From Octopus sinensis (lineage: Eukaryota): a stretch of DNA of 64,000 nucleotides. This document shows, one piece after another, positions 42,246 through 55,962 of the stretch. The notes under the pieces were generated by a model. It saw nothing but the letters and a program-made list of their open reading frames with translations. It did not search any database and was not told the DNA's origin. The stretch is taken from the NCBI RefSeq assembly GCF_006345805.1, contig NC_043007.1, positions 49,104,001-49,168,000 of the forward strand. Reading direction: 5' to 3'. Both the position numbers and the translations under genes were made by a program. Position 1 is the stretch's first letter. Each line of letters opens with the position of its first letter.

Positions 42246-42615
42246 GTTACAGGTGCCATTGTAAGATATGTTTTCATTCATCCCTAGAAACTTACAACAT
42301 TATTCGTCAGATATAGGGGAAACAACCAATCATTGATGGAGATGTTGCTAGTGTGATTTATAGTTTTTCCCTCTTTTCACAACCATATAACAATATAATT
42401 TATGTAAACTGAAGAGAAGTGTAGCAATATATCAGACCAAATGGTGATAAAACGAAAGACAAAATGGCCAAAATTGGTAAAATGAAATCGAAGAACATAG
42501 TGAATTAAAGTGTATGTATTTATATACATATATATATATATATAAAACGAAAGACAAAATGGCCAAAATTGGTAAAATGAAATCGAAGAACATAGTGAAT
42601 TAAAGTGTATGTATT

Positions 42616-42665
<50 letters not shown>

Positions 42666-43427
42666 CATACATGATCACACGTACATAAATTATGTTAATT
42701 TTATTCATTGAGAAAGAAATACTTCCAGCCGAATGGATGTAATATTGACTGTATATATATATTACATATATGCATATGTATATGTGTGTATACATGTGTG
42801 TGTGTGTGTGTTCGTGCGTGTGAGTGTTTGAGTGCGTGTGTGTGCATATATGTGTATATATATATAGCCACACATGCATAAATACATACATACAATTTTT
42901 AAAATCTATTATCTTATGTCAAAATAACATTTCTCTCCCCTTTAAGTAATTTTTCTGTTTTCTTCTTTTTTTCTTTTTTACTTTAATTCACTATGTTCTT
43001 CGATTTCATTTTACCAATTTTGGCCATTTTGTCTTTCGTTTTATCACCATTTGGTCTGATATATTGCTACACTTCTCTTCAGTTTACATAAATTATATTG
43101 TTATATGGTTGTGAAAAGAGGGAAAAACTATAAATCACACTAGCAACATCTCCATCAATGATTGGTTGTTTTCCCCTATATCTGACGAATAATGTTGTAA
43201 GTTTCTAGGGATGAATGAAAACATATCTTACAATGGCACCTGTAACGAAACAGCCGAATAAAGAAGATTTGGACCTCAGAACTCTCTGCTTTCAATAAAA
43301 CTGTGACCCACAATTTGTTTCTAGTGCCAGTACTCATACCAATATTTGGGCTGCTTGATTGGACACTTGATGAGATCCGAGCCATTGATGTCAAAACCCG
43401 AACATACTGACAAACACAAATAATTTC

Positions 43428-43430
<3 letters not shown>
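42062..43430. repeat. Inverted repeat (arms ~42062-42510 and ~42980-43430)
   Basis: ORFs 42062..42316 (+) and 43176..43607 (-) share the same translated tail. Confidence 0.85.
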
Positions 43431-43479
<49 letters not shown>

Positions 43480-43483
43480 TATA

Positions 43484-43551
<68 letters not shown>

Positions 43552-44126
43552 GTATATATATATATATGTATATATATGTATATATATACGCATATATATA
43601 CGTGCATACTTGTATGTGTGTGTGTGTATATATATATTTATATATTATTACATATGCATTTATACCGACGTATATATTTGTGTGTATGTATGCATGTATG
43701 TATCTATCTACCAATCACTCTCTCTCTCTCTCTCTATCTATCTATATATCTATGATGTTTGTATATGTTTAAGCTTCTGACACAGAAGCGTTATTTGATA
43801 TGTATATATCTCTATTTGTACAACTGTTTACGGATAACTCTATGATTATATTAATTATTACTAAGGTGGTTATGTGCTTTGTTGCTGTTTAAGATATATG
43901 CATGAACCACTTCTAATGAAGCTCTAAATAGTCTGGTTAGAGCGTCGAAGTTACTATACAGATTTGCTACCATATTTTTGTTATTGTAATGACTGTTGAT
44001 GCCAGACAGTCATTAGATACATGTAGCTTTCCTTTCATCGCAAATATCATTCGAATATATAATCAAAAATTTATTCATATGTCTTTCTAAATTTTTTCTT
44101 TTTTCTAGGTCAACACCTCTTGAAAA

Positions 44127-45644
44127 ATGAGACAGAAGAGTCTGTTATTCAGTTTAATGGTGCTATGCATGATTGTATGTTTAAAGAGAGTCAACAGTAA
44201 AAATATTTTATACATAGCATGGCCTGTTTACAGTCACATAAATCCAATGATTTCTATTGCGAACGATTTGTCAAAGTATGGTCATAATAACTATTTTATA
44301 CTAAACAAAAAACTCACTAAAACTTTCCAAAACGAACAGAACATAAATATACTTCCAATGGATGAGATCCCAGAAATTGAAGAATTTCGCCCTAGTTCAG
44401 TGAAACAAGTATCAAGAAAATTATACATGATGAAAAACGTCCTAACTTTATTCCCTGTAGTGTGCGAAAGATTTATAACGAATGAAAAATGGATTGAAAT
44501 GTTGAGAGCAGTGAATGCTAGTTTAGCTGTTATTAGTGGACTATTTCCGGCAAATTGTCTTACAACAATTGCCTATGAATTATCAATTCCGTTTGTTCTG
44601 ACAGGATGTGAGATATTTCCTAGTCTTCATCGTATTCCATGGAACCCCAGTGTTTTTCCAAGCAACGTCTTCTCATTCTCCAATAAGATGACATATTCGG
44701 AAAAGTTAATAAGTACTTTGGCTGCTATTGTAGACTACACTATTCCTCCTATTGGAGCGCCTAAACACAGTGTCAAAACATATGCGAAGGACAAACCTGA
44801 TATTTCATTCATAGATTTACTACATCAGACACAGTTTTTTCTTATTGAAAAAGATGTACTTCTAGATTATCCACTACCACAACTTCCAAATGTAAGATAC
44901 GTTGGTGGTCTGGCTGCAAAACGCTCATTGCCTTTGAAGGGAGAATTAGTGAAATTCGTAAATGCGTCTAAGAATGGAATAGTTGTGGTGTCATTTGGCA
45001 GTATTGTCAATGATTTCCCTGCTGTTCAATTAGAGAAACTACAAAGTGCATTGAAACAAATAAAATATGATGTTGTGTGGAGACAGAAGAAAACATCATT
45101 TTCTCATAAGAATATTTATATCAGTGATTGGGTACCACAAAATGATCTGCTTGGCCATCCTAAAACAAAATTATTTGTTACTCATTGTGGAAATAGCGGT
45201 CAGTTTGAAGCTTTGTTCCATGGTGTACCAATGCTGGGAATGCCTTTATTTGGAGACCAACATTATAACTCTCGCAGAATGACCGAGAAAGGATACGGAT
45301 TGTCTCTAGATATAGAGAACTTCACTCCGGAGGAATTAATAGAGAAAATGAATGAACTAATTGAAAACAAAACATATTCTGAGAAAATTAAAAGAGCTAG
45401 TGAAATATTTCATTCTCGGCCCGAATATCCAGCGAAGAAATCAGCCCGCCATATTGATCACATCTTGAAATATGGTGGAGAATATCTAAAATCTCCATGT
45501 CAAGAGAGTCGATTGTATGAATTTTTAATGATCGATGTATTAGTTCCTATATTTGCTGCAACAATATTTTTGATATATTTAATATATCGAAGTGTGAAAA
45601 AATGTTTATCGTTTTGTTGCAAGAAAAAAACGAAGATTGACTAA
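44127..45644 (+). CDS. UDP-glycosyltransferase, single coding exon, type B copy 2
   Basis: 505-aa intact ORF with UGT signature, TM helix and KKTKID; AG acceptor at 44108. Confidence 0.95.
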   Translation: MRQKSLLFSLMVLCMIVCLKRVNSKNILYIAWPVYSHINPMISIANDLSKYGHNNYFILNKKLTKTFQNEQNINILPMDEIPEIEEFRPSSVKQVSRKLYMMKNVLTLFPVVCERFITNEKWIEMLRAVNASLAVISGLFPANCLTTIAYELSIPFVLTGCEIFPSLHRIPWNPSVFPSNVFSFSNKMTYSEKLISTLAAIVDYTIPPIGAPKHSVKTYAKDKPDISFIDLLHQTQFFLIEKDVLLDYPLPQLPNVRYVGGLAAKRSLPLKGELVKFVNASKNGIVVVSFGSIVNDFPAVQLEKLQSALKQIKYDVVWRQKKTSFSHKNIYISDWVPQNDLLGHPKTKLFVTHCGNSGQFEALFHGVPMLGMPLFGDQHYNSRRMTEKGYGLSLDIENFTPEELIEKMNELIENKTYSEKIKRASEIFHSRPEYPAKKSARHIDHILKYGGEYLKSPCQESRLYEFLMIDVLVPIFAATIFLIYLIYRSVKKCLSFCCKKKTKID

Positions 45645-46661
45645 AATCATTTCTTTGATAAGTTGAAAGAATGTAAATCATGGCAGGTTTTTGATCTATT
45701 GAATTGAGGGTTAGAAACATTTAATTTTAAAAAATTAATTGAAATTTGGAAATTTTCTGTAGATGTCATATTTATGTGGTGTAGTTTTTAAAGATTTACC
45801 TCATATGGTGTGTTGATTTTTCTTTTTGTTTCAAACATTTTGTAGAAGCTCCGTATTAAACATAAACATCTTCACTGAAAATAATACGTGTTAAAGTACA
45901 GTGCCATTATATTTCTTATAATCAAAACAAGATGTTTAATCTGTTCGGTTCATAAGTTTTTTTAATAAATCGCTTATTCATTTTGTAATAAATATATACA
46001 TTTTAAGCACTTGCCAGCTGTCATATTTTATTGTACAATATTACAGTCTCCTCCCACTCTGTTTTCCTCGATGAAAATGTCAAGATTTTCTTCAACTTAT
46101 GTCATTTTCGTATAGAGAAGAGTCTGCTTATATCAATTAGTAATTAAATGGTTAAATGCTTTGTTGCAGTTTAAATTTTGATAGGTTTGAAACTTTTTGA
46201 ACAAAACTCTTTGTAGTTTTCGTTGGTGTGCTGAAAGTTAATCCACAGACATGCATCACTTTACTAGTGTGTCATAGCATAGCGTGGGCAGACTGTCATG
46301 AGAGTTAAGTTGTTTATGTTTTGTCACAGGACAGCTTTCATGTGAAAAGGGACTTCAACGGTGACCACTATCGTTTTTATTTTTCATTTGTTTGACTTAA
46401 TATAGTGGGTCGGTAAAAGTGACCTATTGAATAAGTACCTTACTTTAAAAATAGTAAGTCCTGCGGTCCATAAGTTCGATTTAATTCTCGTCAATCTAGT
46501 GCCACAGCATGGCTGCAGTCTCCTAACTGAAACATATAAAAGATACAAAGATAGATTTAAAATGAAATTCTAATACATAACCACAATATTATTATTTAAG
46601 TAATAATTACAGTTTACCTTTTTCTCTTTATTTTGTGAGGCACAAATTCAGGAAAAAAAAG

Positions 46662-46850
46662 ATGAATAATTTTTTCGTCAGTATATTGGCGCTATACGCT
46701 GTTATTTTTTTTTACTGATAGTTAATGGTAAAAATATTTTATACCTAGCATGACCCTTCAATAGTCACGTGAATCCAATGATTTCTATAGCAAACGATTT
46801 ATCGAAGTATGGACACAATAACTATTTTATACTAAATAACAAAAACTTTT
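46662..46850 (+). pseudogene. 5' fragment of a type A UGT pseudogene
   Basis: Matches the start of 31474 and 50668; in-frame TGA at the W codon; cut off by the inverted copy. Confidence 0.7.
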
Positions 46851-46857
46851 TTTTTAT

Positions 46858-47790
46858 TTGTTTCAATGCACTTTGTAGTTTCTTTAATTGAACAGCAGGG
46901 AAATCATTGATATTACTGCCAAATGACACCACAACTATTCCATTCTTAGATGCATTTACGAATTTCACTAATTCTCCCTTCAAAGGCAATGAGCGTTTTG
47001 TAGCCAGACCACCAACGTATCTTACATTTGGAAGTTGTGGTAGTGGATAATCTAGAAGTACATCTTTTTCAATAAGATAAAATTTTGCCTGATATAGCAA
47101 ATCTATGAATGAAATATCAGGTTTGTCCTTCGCATATGTTTTGACGCTGTGTATAGGCGCTCCAATAGGAGGAATACTGTAATCTACAATAGCAACCAAA
47201 GTACTTATTAACTTTTCCGGATATGTCATCTTATCGGAGGATGAGAGTAAGTGGTTTGGAAAAACACTGGGGTTCCATGGAATAGGATGAAGACTAGGAA
47301 ATATCTCACATCCTGTCAGAACAAACGGAATTGGTAATTGATAGGCAATTGTTGTAAGACAATTTGTCGGAAATGGTCCATTAATAACAGCTAAACTAGC
47401 ATTCACTGCTCTCAAAATTTCAATCCATTTTTCATTCGTTATAAATCTTTCGCACACTACAGGGAATAAAGTTAGGACGTTTTTCATCATGTATAATTTT
47501 CTTGATACTTGTTTCACTGAACTAGTGCGAAATTCTTCAATTTCTGGGATCTCATCCATTGGAAGTATATTTATGTTCTGTTCGTTTTGGAAAGTTTTAG
47601 TGAGTTTTTTGTTTAGTATAAAATAGTTATTATGACAATACTTTGACGAATCGTTCGCAATAGAAATCATTGGATTTATGTGACTGTAAACAGGCCATGC
47701 TATGTATAAAATATTTTTACTGTTGACTCTCTTTAAACATACAATCATGCATAGCACCATTAAACTGAATAACAGACTCTTCTGTCTCAT
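46858..47790 (-). pseudogene. Inverted, 3'-truncated, chimeric type B UGT
   Basis: Homology ends at ALKQIK, before the UGT signature; its upstream flank 47791-48540 mirrors ~43395-44126. Confidence 0.85.
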
Positions 47791-48171
47791 TTTTCAAGAG
47801 TTGTTGACCTAGAAAAAAGAAAAAATTTAGAAAGACATATGAATAAATTTTTGATTATATATTCGAATGATATTTGCGATGAAAGGAAAGCTACATGTAT
47901 CTAATGACTGTCTGGCATCAACAGTCATTACAATAACAAAAATATGGTAGCAAATCTGTATAGTAACTTCGACGCTCTAACCAGACTATTTAGAGCTTCA
48001 TTAGAAGTGGTTCATGCATATATCTTAAACAGCAACAAAGCACATAACCACCTTAGTAATAATTAATATAATCATAGAGTTATCCGTAAACAGTTGTACA
48101 AATAGAGATATATACATATCAAATAACGCTTCTGTGTCAGAAGCTTAAACATATACAAACATCATAGATAT

Positions 48172-48205
<34 letters not shown>

Positions 48206-48345
48206 TGATTGGTAGATAGATACATACATGCATACATACACACAAATATATACGTCGGTATAAATGCATATGTAATAATATATAAATATATATATACACA
48301 CACACACATACAGGTATGCACGTATATATATGCATATATATATAC

Positions 48346-48436
<91 letters not shown>

Positions 48437-48442
48437 TGTATA

Positions 48443-48503
<61 letters not shown>

Positions 48504-48537
48504 GTGGAAATTATTTGTGTTTGTCAGTATTTTTCGG

Positions 48538-49652
48538 GTTATTAGTGGACTATTTCCGGCAAATTGTCTTACAACAATTGCCTATGAATTATCAATTCCG
48601 TTTGTTCTGACAGGATGTGAGATATTTCCTAGTCTTCATCGTATTCCATGGAACCCCAGTGTTTTTCCAAGCAACGTCTTCTCATTCTCCAATAAGATGA
48701 CATATTCGGAAAAGTTAATAAGTACTTTGGCTGCTATTGTAGACTACACTATTCCTCCTATTGGAGCGCCTAAACACAGTGTCAAAACATATGCGAAGGA
48801 CAAACCTGATATTTCATTCATAGATTTACTACATCAGACACAGTTTTTTCTTATTGAAAAAGATGTACTTCTAGATTATCCACTACCACAACTTCCAAAT
48901 GTAAGATACGTTGGTGGTCTGGCTGCAAAACGCTCATTGCCTTTGAAGGGAGAATTAGTGAAATTCGTAAATGCGTCTAAGAATGGAATAGTTGTGGTGT
49001 CATTTGGCAGTATTGTCAATGATTTCCCTGCTGTTCAATTAGAGAAACTACAAAGTGCATTGAAACAAATAAAATATGATGTTGTGTGGAGACAGAAGAA
49101 AACATCATTTTCTCATAAGAATATTTATATCAGTGATTGGGTACCACAAAATGATCTGCTTGGCCATCCTAAAACAAATTATTTGTTACTCATTGTGGAA
49201 ATAGCGGTCAGTTTGAAGCTTTGTTCCATGGTGTACCAATGCTGGGAATGCCTTTATTTGGAGACCAACATTATAACTCTCGCAGAATGACCGAGAAAGG
49301 ATACGGATTGTCTCTAGATATAGAGAACTTCACTCCGGAGGAATTAATAGAGAAAATGAATGAACTAATTGAAAACAAAACATATTCTGAGAAAATTAAA
49401 AGAGCTAGTGAAATATTTCATTCTCGGCCCGAATATCCAGCGAAGAAATCAGCCCGCCATATTGATCACATCTTGAAATATGGTGGAGAATATCTAAAAT
49501 CTCCATGTCAAGAGAGTCGATTGTATGAATTTTTAATGATCGATGTATTAGTACCTATATTTGCTGCAACATTATTTTTGATATATTTAATATATCGAAG
49601 TGTGAAAAAATGTTTATCGTTTTGTTGCAAGAAAAAAACGAAGATTGACTAA
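48538..49652 (+). pseudogene. 5'-truncated type B UGT, nearly identical to copy 2, with a 1-bp frameshift near 49178
   Basis: Begins at [10 protein letters not shown]; aaaacaaatt lacks one A relative to the intact copies. Confidence 0.85.
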
Positions 49653-50667
49653 AATCATTTCTTTGATAAGTTGAAAGAATGTAAATCATGGCAGGTTTTT
49701 GATCTATTGAATTGAGGGTTAGAAACATTTAATTTTAAAAAATAATTGAAATTTGGAAATTTTCTGTAGATGTCATATTTATGTGGTGTAGTTTTTAAAG
49801 ATTTACCTCATATGGTGTGTTGATTTTTCTTTTTGTTTCAAACATTTTGTAGAAGCTCCGTATTAAACATAAACATCTTCACTGAAAATAATACGTGTTA
49901 AAGTACAGTGCCATTATATTTCTTATAATCAAAACAAGATGTTTAATCTTCGGTTCATAAATTTTTTTAATAAATCGCTTATTCATTTTGTAATAAATAT
50001 ATACATTTTAAGCACTTGCCAGCTGTCATATTTTATTGTACAATATTACAGTCTCCTCCCACTCTGTTTTCCTCGATGAAAATGTCAAGATTTTCTTCAA
50101 CTTATGTCATTTTCGTATAGAGAAGAGTCTGCTTATATCAATTAGTAATTAAATGGTTAAATGCTTTGTTGCAGTTTAAATTTTGATAGGTTTGAAACTT
50201 TTTGAACAAAACTCTTTGTAGTTTTCGTTGGTGTGTTGAAAGTTAATCCACAGACATGCATCACTTTACTAGTGTGTCATAGCATAGCGTGGGCAGACTG
50301 TCATGAGAGTTAAGTTGTTTATGTTTTGTCACAGGACAGCTTTCATGTGAAAAAGGGACTTCAACGGTGACCACTATCGTTTTTATTTTTCATTTGTTTG
50401 ACTTAATATAGTGGGTCGGTAAAAGTGACCTATTGAATAAGTACCTTACTTTAAAAATAGTAAGTCCTGCGGTCCATAAGTTCGATTTAATTCTCGTCAA
50501 GCTAGTGCCACAGCATGGCTGCAGTCTCCTAACTGAAACATATAAAAGATACAAAGATAGATTTAAAATGAAATTCTAATACATAACCACAATATTATTA
50601 TTTAAGTAATAATTACAGTTTACCTTTTTCTCTTTATTTTGTGAGGCACAAATTCAGGAAAAAAAGG

Positions 50668-51484
50668 ATGAATAATTTTTTCGTCAGTATATTGGCGCTA
50701 TACGCTGTTATTTTTTTTTTACTGATAGTTAATGGTAAAAATATTTTATACCTAGCATGACCCTTCAATAGTCACGTGAATCCAATGATTTCTATAGCAA
50801 ACGATTTATCGAAGTATGGACACAATAACTATTTTATACTAAATAACAAAAACTCACTAAAACTTTCCAAAATGAACAAAACAAATATCCTTCCAATGGA
50901 AGAAATCACAGAATTGAGTAAAACCTTTACTGACGCACAACAGAAATAGTATCAAATCGAAGATATGTGATTAAAAGTGTGTTCACTTTGGTTCCTCTGA
51001 TATGTAATAGAATTCTGAAGGATGAGAAATGGATCGAATCACTGCGAGCGGTTAATGCCAGTCTAGCTGTTATTAATGGACTATTTCCGACAAATTGTCT
51101 TACAATAATTGCCCGTCAATTGTCAATTCCGTTTGTTCTCACAAGATCTGAGATATCTTCTAGTTTTCATCGCATCCCAAGGATTCCGAGTGTTTTCTCC
51201 AACAGTTTCGTCGGATCCTCGAGCAAGATGACATATAGGAAAAAGATAAATAGAGCTTTGGTGGCTATCATGGATTACACCATTCCTTTTATTGGTGAAC
51301 CTGCACAAAGCGTTAAAACATATGCGAAAAACAAACCCATTCCATTCACGGATTTACTACATCAGGCACAAGTTTTTCTTATTGAAAAAGATGTACTTCT
51401 ACTTTATCCGCTACCACAACTTCCAAATTGAAGGTACGTTGGTGGTCTGGCTACAAAACGTTTGTTGCTTTTGAAGATTGACTC
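50668..51484 (+). pseudogene. Type A UGT pseudogene with stops, frameshifts and a ~0.7 kb deletion of the C-terminal half
   Basis: Homologous to 31474; jumps from ..ttgaag to attgact at 51476; its 3' flank 51490-51800 matches 32995-33305. Confidence 0.85.
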
Positions 51485-51787
51485 AAAAACGTTTTGGTAA
51501 GCTCAAATATGTAAATCATATCTCTTTTGCTTCGCTTTATGTAAGTCAAGTTCTAACTGCAATAACCCTGAAAGCATAGTTCTTTATTTGTATAGAAATG
51601 TTAATTTTCATCGCAATTCATACTCAGCTTTTTTAATACAACACCCGCTGATTGTTTTTATGTGTAATTTTCCCTGATAAAGTGACATTGTATATCCACT
51701 GTCCAATGGACTCCTATCCTGATGATATGGAGGAAAATATTGCAGCCCAATGCGGCCGTTTGTCTTATGTAAGGAGCATACATAATA

Positions 51788-51980
51788 GTGACAGAGAGGT
51801 GGCTGTGCAAATATTGAGAATAAAGTTAAATCATCAGTGAATTGTGAAGGCTGGGATAAAATTAGTAAATTAATGAAACAGTGATGTACCTATATAACTG
51901 TTTCATTCATTTACTAATCTTTTCACAGCCTTATGATATAATTATATTCTCAATATTTGCACAGCCACCTCTCTGTCATT
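51788..51980. repeat. Inverted repeat or hairpin (MITE-like)
   Basis: tgacagagaggtggctgtgcaaatattgagaata versus tattctcaatatttgcacagccacctctctgtca. Confidence 0.75.
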
Positions 51981-54112
51981 CGTATAATTGAAAATCAGAA
52001 ATATCAGACCAATTTATTCAATAATCAAATCAGAATTATTTTCCTTTCCCCCTTATCTAACGTCTAATTTCACTTCACATCGTTGAAATTTGAATTCTGT
52101 TTGCATTCCCTTATCAAATAACCGAATCAAAATCGTTGCAGTTTAAACACTTCTCACCGATACATATTAATACATCGGTTTATATATTTTTTCTTTATAT
52201 CGTTATCATGATCATTATCATCGTCATTATCATCACAGTCATCATCATTGAACATTCATGTTCTATGCTGGCATTAGTTGAAAAATTGACAGCTACTACG
52301 AGACCCAAGGATGGAATTGTGCGCTTCTATCTGTTTTGGCATTGTTTCCTAATGCAAATGCCCTTCCTAACGCAAAACCTTGACAGTGTGTACTGGCTGC
52401 TGTTGTTCGTGCCACGTACACTAGTGAGATAAAAATGCAGCTGGAAAATGATAACCCGATGAGAGGCGGGTTTTATGCTAAAAGATGCGTAGTGAAAGTA
52501 AGACGAAAGGAGGCATATTGGGAACAGGTTTCCTGATGTAGTATGAGCATATGGCTATTCATATTTTACAAGCTGGACACGTGAAAAATTCACGGAAAAT
52601 ATAAAAAATATAACCATCTGTAAATTGTTTTCTGTTGCCCTGAGAAATATTTCTGTATTGTGACAGTTACAGAATATAGAAAGAAGTGTAAATCTGAGAA
52701 CTATATAATCCAACCAATATCTCAGTTACACAAACGTAAATTGAATTACTATTTAGCCTTAAAATACATTGTACATATTAAAAGAACCTACTTGGTATAG
52801 TGGCACGGAACGTTTTTCTGGTAGTCTTTTATTTGTTTCAGTCATTTGACGGTGGTGAAGCTGGAGCACCGCCCTTTAGTCGAAGAAATCGACTCCTAGA
52901 CTTATTTCCTATAAGCCTGGTTCTTTATCTATCAGCTAAGTTCCGAGGACGCAATCACACCAACATCGGTTGTCAAACTGGTGGGGGAGGGACAAACAGA
53001 CAGACACACACACAAAGACACCCACACCCTACACACACATATCAGTTTTCGTTTACCAAATTTATTCACGAGTCTTTGGTGGGCCCGAGGCTCTAGTAGA
53101 AGACATTCTATAATGTACAGAGTTGAATTTCGTGTAGCCCCCTATTGGCAACTTTTCTCCACCACCTATTTTGTAGGGGGTGTTACCCAATTTTCTGGGA
53201 CCTTTTCACACTTATACCTTGTTCGAAATTTGCATTAGTTTTTGTATGAAAAAAAAAAGGAAATGAGTGGTGGGGCTTGTTTGTAGTTTGTAGACAAAAC
53301 ATTAAACGTGCCTGAGGAAAAACAACATGGTCTTTCGTGCAAGTAAAAGATATGAAGAACTATGAAAGAATGCGAATAAGTACCGGGAGTGGAGGGAGAA
53401 CTAACAGTCGATCGTTTTAGAACTCCCAGAATAAAATATCTCCCATTGTAAGATATGTTTTCATTCATCCCTGGAAATCTATAGCATTATTCGTCAGATA
53501 TAGGGGAAACAGTCAATCATTGATGGAGATGTTGCTAGAGTGATTTATAGTTTTCCCTCTTTTCACAACCACACAACAATATAATTTATGTAAACTGAAG
53601 AGAAGTGCAGCAATATATCAGACAAGATAGTGATAAAACGAAAAACAAAATGGTCAAAATTGGTAAAATGAAATCGAAGAACATAGTGAATTAAAAGAAA
53701 ACAAAAAAAAAAATAAGAAAGCAGAAAAATAACTAAAAGGGGAGAGAAATGTTATTTTGACGTAAGATTATAGACGTTGAAAATTGTATGTAACTATGCA
53801 TGTGTAGTTATATATATATATACACATATACATATGTATATGTGTAATATATATACAGTCAATATTATGTCTCTTCGGCTGGAAATATTTCTTTCTCAAT
53901 GAATAAGCTTAACATAATTTATGTACGTATGATTATGTATATGTATACATATACATATATATATATAACTAAAAATATGGGTGTCTGAGAGACACCACCA
54001 TGCCGAAATAGCAGTCAAAACCCTGACTCTAAGAACCACGTTAAATGTTCGTATCGCACCATGAGATAAGACAGAGGGACAAAATAGACTAGCAAAAAGA
54101 TATTACTGAATA

Positions 54113-54170
54113 ATTCAAGATCCTGGATTTCTAGCTTTGCTTGAGATAAGCTTTGCCTCGTCAGTTGAAT
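54113..54170 (-). ncRNA. Type I hammerhead ribozyme
   Basis: AUUCAA-CUGACGA-GGC AAA GCUU AUCUC AAGC AAA GCU A-GAAA-UCCAGGA-UC-UUGAAU. Confidence 0.7.
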
Positions 54171-54357
54171 ATATCAGATGGGCACATAAATACAAATAAA
54201 TATATGCAGAACAAACGGTATAATTACATATACGAACGTTCATGCATACATATATATGCATGTATGTACAAGGCCAGTTAAATTGCCCGCCAAAAATACG
54301 ATATGCTCAAAATAAACACTGCAGTGAATAGAGTGACGAATTATGTGCCTGATATAG

Positions 54358-54411
54358 TCAACTGACGAGGCAAAGCTCATTTAAAGCAAAGCTAGAAATC
54401 CAGGATCTTGA
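54358..54411 (+). ncRNA. Type I hammerhead ribozyme, right-arm copy
   Basis: UCAA-CUGACGA-GGC..GCUA-GAAA-UCCAGGA-UC-UUGA. Confidence 0.65.
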
Positions 54412-54656
54412 ATTATTCAGTAATATTTTTTGCTAGTCTATTTTGTCCCTCTGTCTTATCTCATGGTGCAATATGAACATTTGACGTGGTTCTTAGAGTC
54501 AGGGTTTTGACTGCTATTTCGGCATGGTGGTGTCATTCAGACACCCTTATTTTTAGTTGTAAAAAAATTATTACCTTTGTATGGTATTTTTCCCATGCTG
54601 ACCACTTGATAATATCGATATTTAAATATCGATATTATCCTTATTTATAAATTCAC

Positions 54657-54700
<44 letters not shown>

Positions 54701-54758
54701 ATTGGTGAATTGAGGAAATGGAGCTGAACGCAGATTGAACAGAAATCGTTTTATTTCA

Positions 54759-54838
54759 TTCTACACGTGTTTCGAAAGGCACAAATTACCAAAATCCGAT
54801 TGAATAATGGGACCATATTGTGTCTTTCTCTTCAGGAA
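54759..54838 (-). ncRNA. Type I hammerhead ribozyme, left arm
   Basis: Reverse complement of 56563-56642. Confidence 0.75.
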
Positions 54839-55395
54839 GAAAAAAGGAAATCCGTTAGAGAAACAAAAACAGAACAGAGGCGGAGCAAAAACCAAATCGA
54901 ACTATGCTCCTAAGAGCCCATGGCGAAACTGTTTATCAGTGTTTGCTGAGAACCGGTGGCTGAAGAATTCTACAGGTCAGGCATCGGTCAATCATGTGGG
55001 TGAGGGTGTATAGATGTTCTTAGTGACCGAGAATAAAGTTCTGACTATTTAAGGAATATTGGATGTTTTATAAGGGGCGAGAAAAAATCTACTTAGAGAC
55101 GTGTGTGTGTGTATACTGTTCTATATATGTGTGTGTTGGCGTAGGGGTAGAAAACACTTTTTGTGTACGTGTGTGCGTTTGATCGTTCGGCTGTCAGTGG
55201 CTACTGCCGTGATAACCGTTGGGTGGCAGAAAGAAAAAATATATATATATATTATGTTTTATGTGTGTGTGTGTTCATCTGAGCCTGCCTTGTCAAGGAA
55301 ACCCCCCGCTGTGAAAAAACCAAGCCCCGTTTGTCTTACAGGAGTAATTCCCCTTGCAGTGGATAATCGTAGATATCTAAAGGCTATTTCAGAAT

Positions 55396-55962
55396 TTGTT
55401 ACCAAGGGCTATGGGTGCCGGTATTATTTATAAACGCTATTTAAAAGATATTCCTATAGTTAATAGTGACGTAGTGGAAAATAGAGTAGTAAGCGGCTGC
55501 AGGTCTCGGAACGAATATAGTGACAGGAACGCAGTTCTAATTTCAGAAACTAATCCTAGCAGATTAAGATTTACGTCGGCGAACTCCAAGATCAAAAACG
55601 CCGTCTACCAATGCAAGGTTTACACGGACTCAGATGTCTTCACTTATGTAGGGGCATCATCCTCAAGATTGTCTTTGCGTGTCTCCAATCATTACGCAAC
55701 TTTTCGGGACGTGAACAAGCGCCAGACCACGGGACTCAGTAAGCTAATATGGCGACTGAAGGATACGAACTTAAGCTACAGGCTGGAATGGTCAATTTTG
55801 TCGGTGGCCCTCCCATTTGATAGGGGCAGAAGACAGTGTAACCTTTGTGTCTCCGAACTCTTCCATATTTTGTTTGCCAGAGGCCGGATGGTAAACGGGC
55901 TCTTACAGTCGGCTTTTCGATGCCCCCATTGGCGGCGTTACACTTATCTGGCTTTTAAATAG
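55396..55962 (+). CDS. Uninterrupted GIY-YIG endonuclease-domain reading frame of a Penelope-like element, probably lacking its native start
   Basis: AVYQCKV..TYVGASS..RVSNHYATF..TGLSKLIWRLKD..WSIL..CNLC..E..CPH; same type as 18496-18900. Confidence 0.65.
   Translation: MLPRAMGAGIIYKRYLKDIPIVNSDVVENRVVSGCRSRNEYSDRNAVLISETNPSRLRFTSANSKIKNAVYQCKVYTDSDVFTYVGASSSRLSLRVSNHYATFRDVNKRQTTGLSKLIWRLKDTNLSYRLEWSILSVALPFDRGRRQCNLCVSELFHILFARGRMVNGLLQSAFRCPHWRRYTYLAFK

Larger units (their letters stand above)
53967..54559. mobile_element. Inverted-repeat element (~210-bp arms) in (TA)n with a hammerhead in each arm
   Basis: Arms 53967-54177 and 54349-54559. Confidence 0.8.

Noticed and set aside
48316-49290. 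324-aa ORF with a YI-repeat N-terminus fused to UGT
   Set aside because: Chance read-through from a microsatellite into a truncated pseudogene
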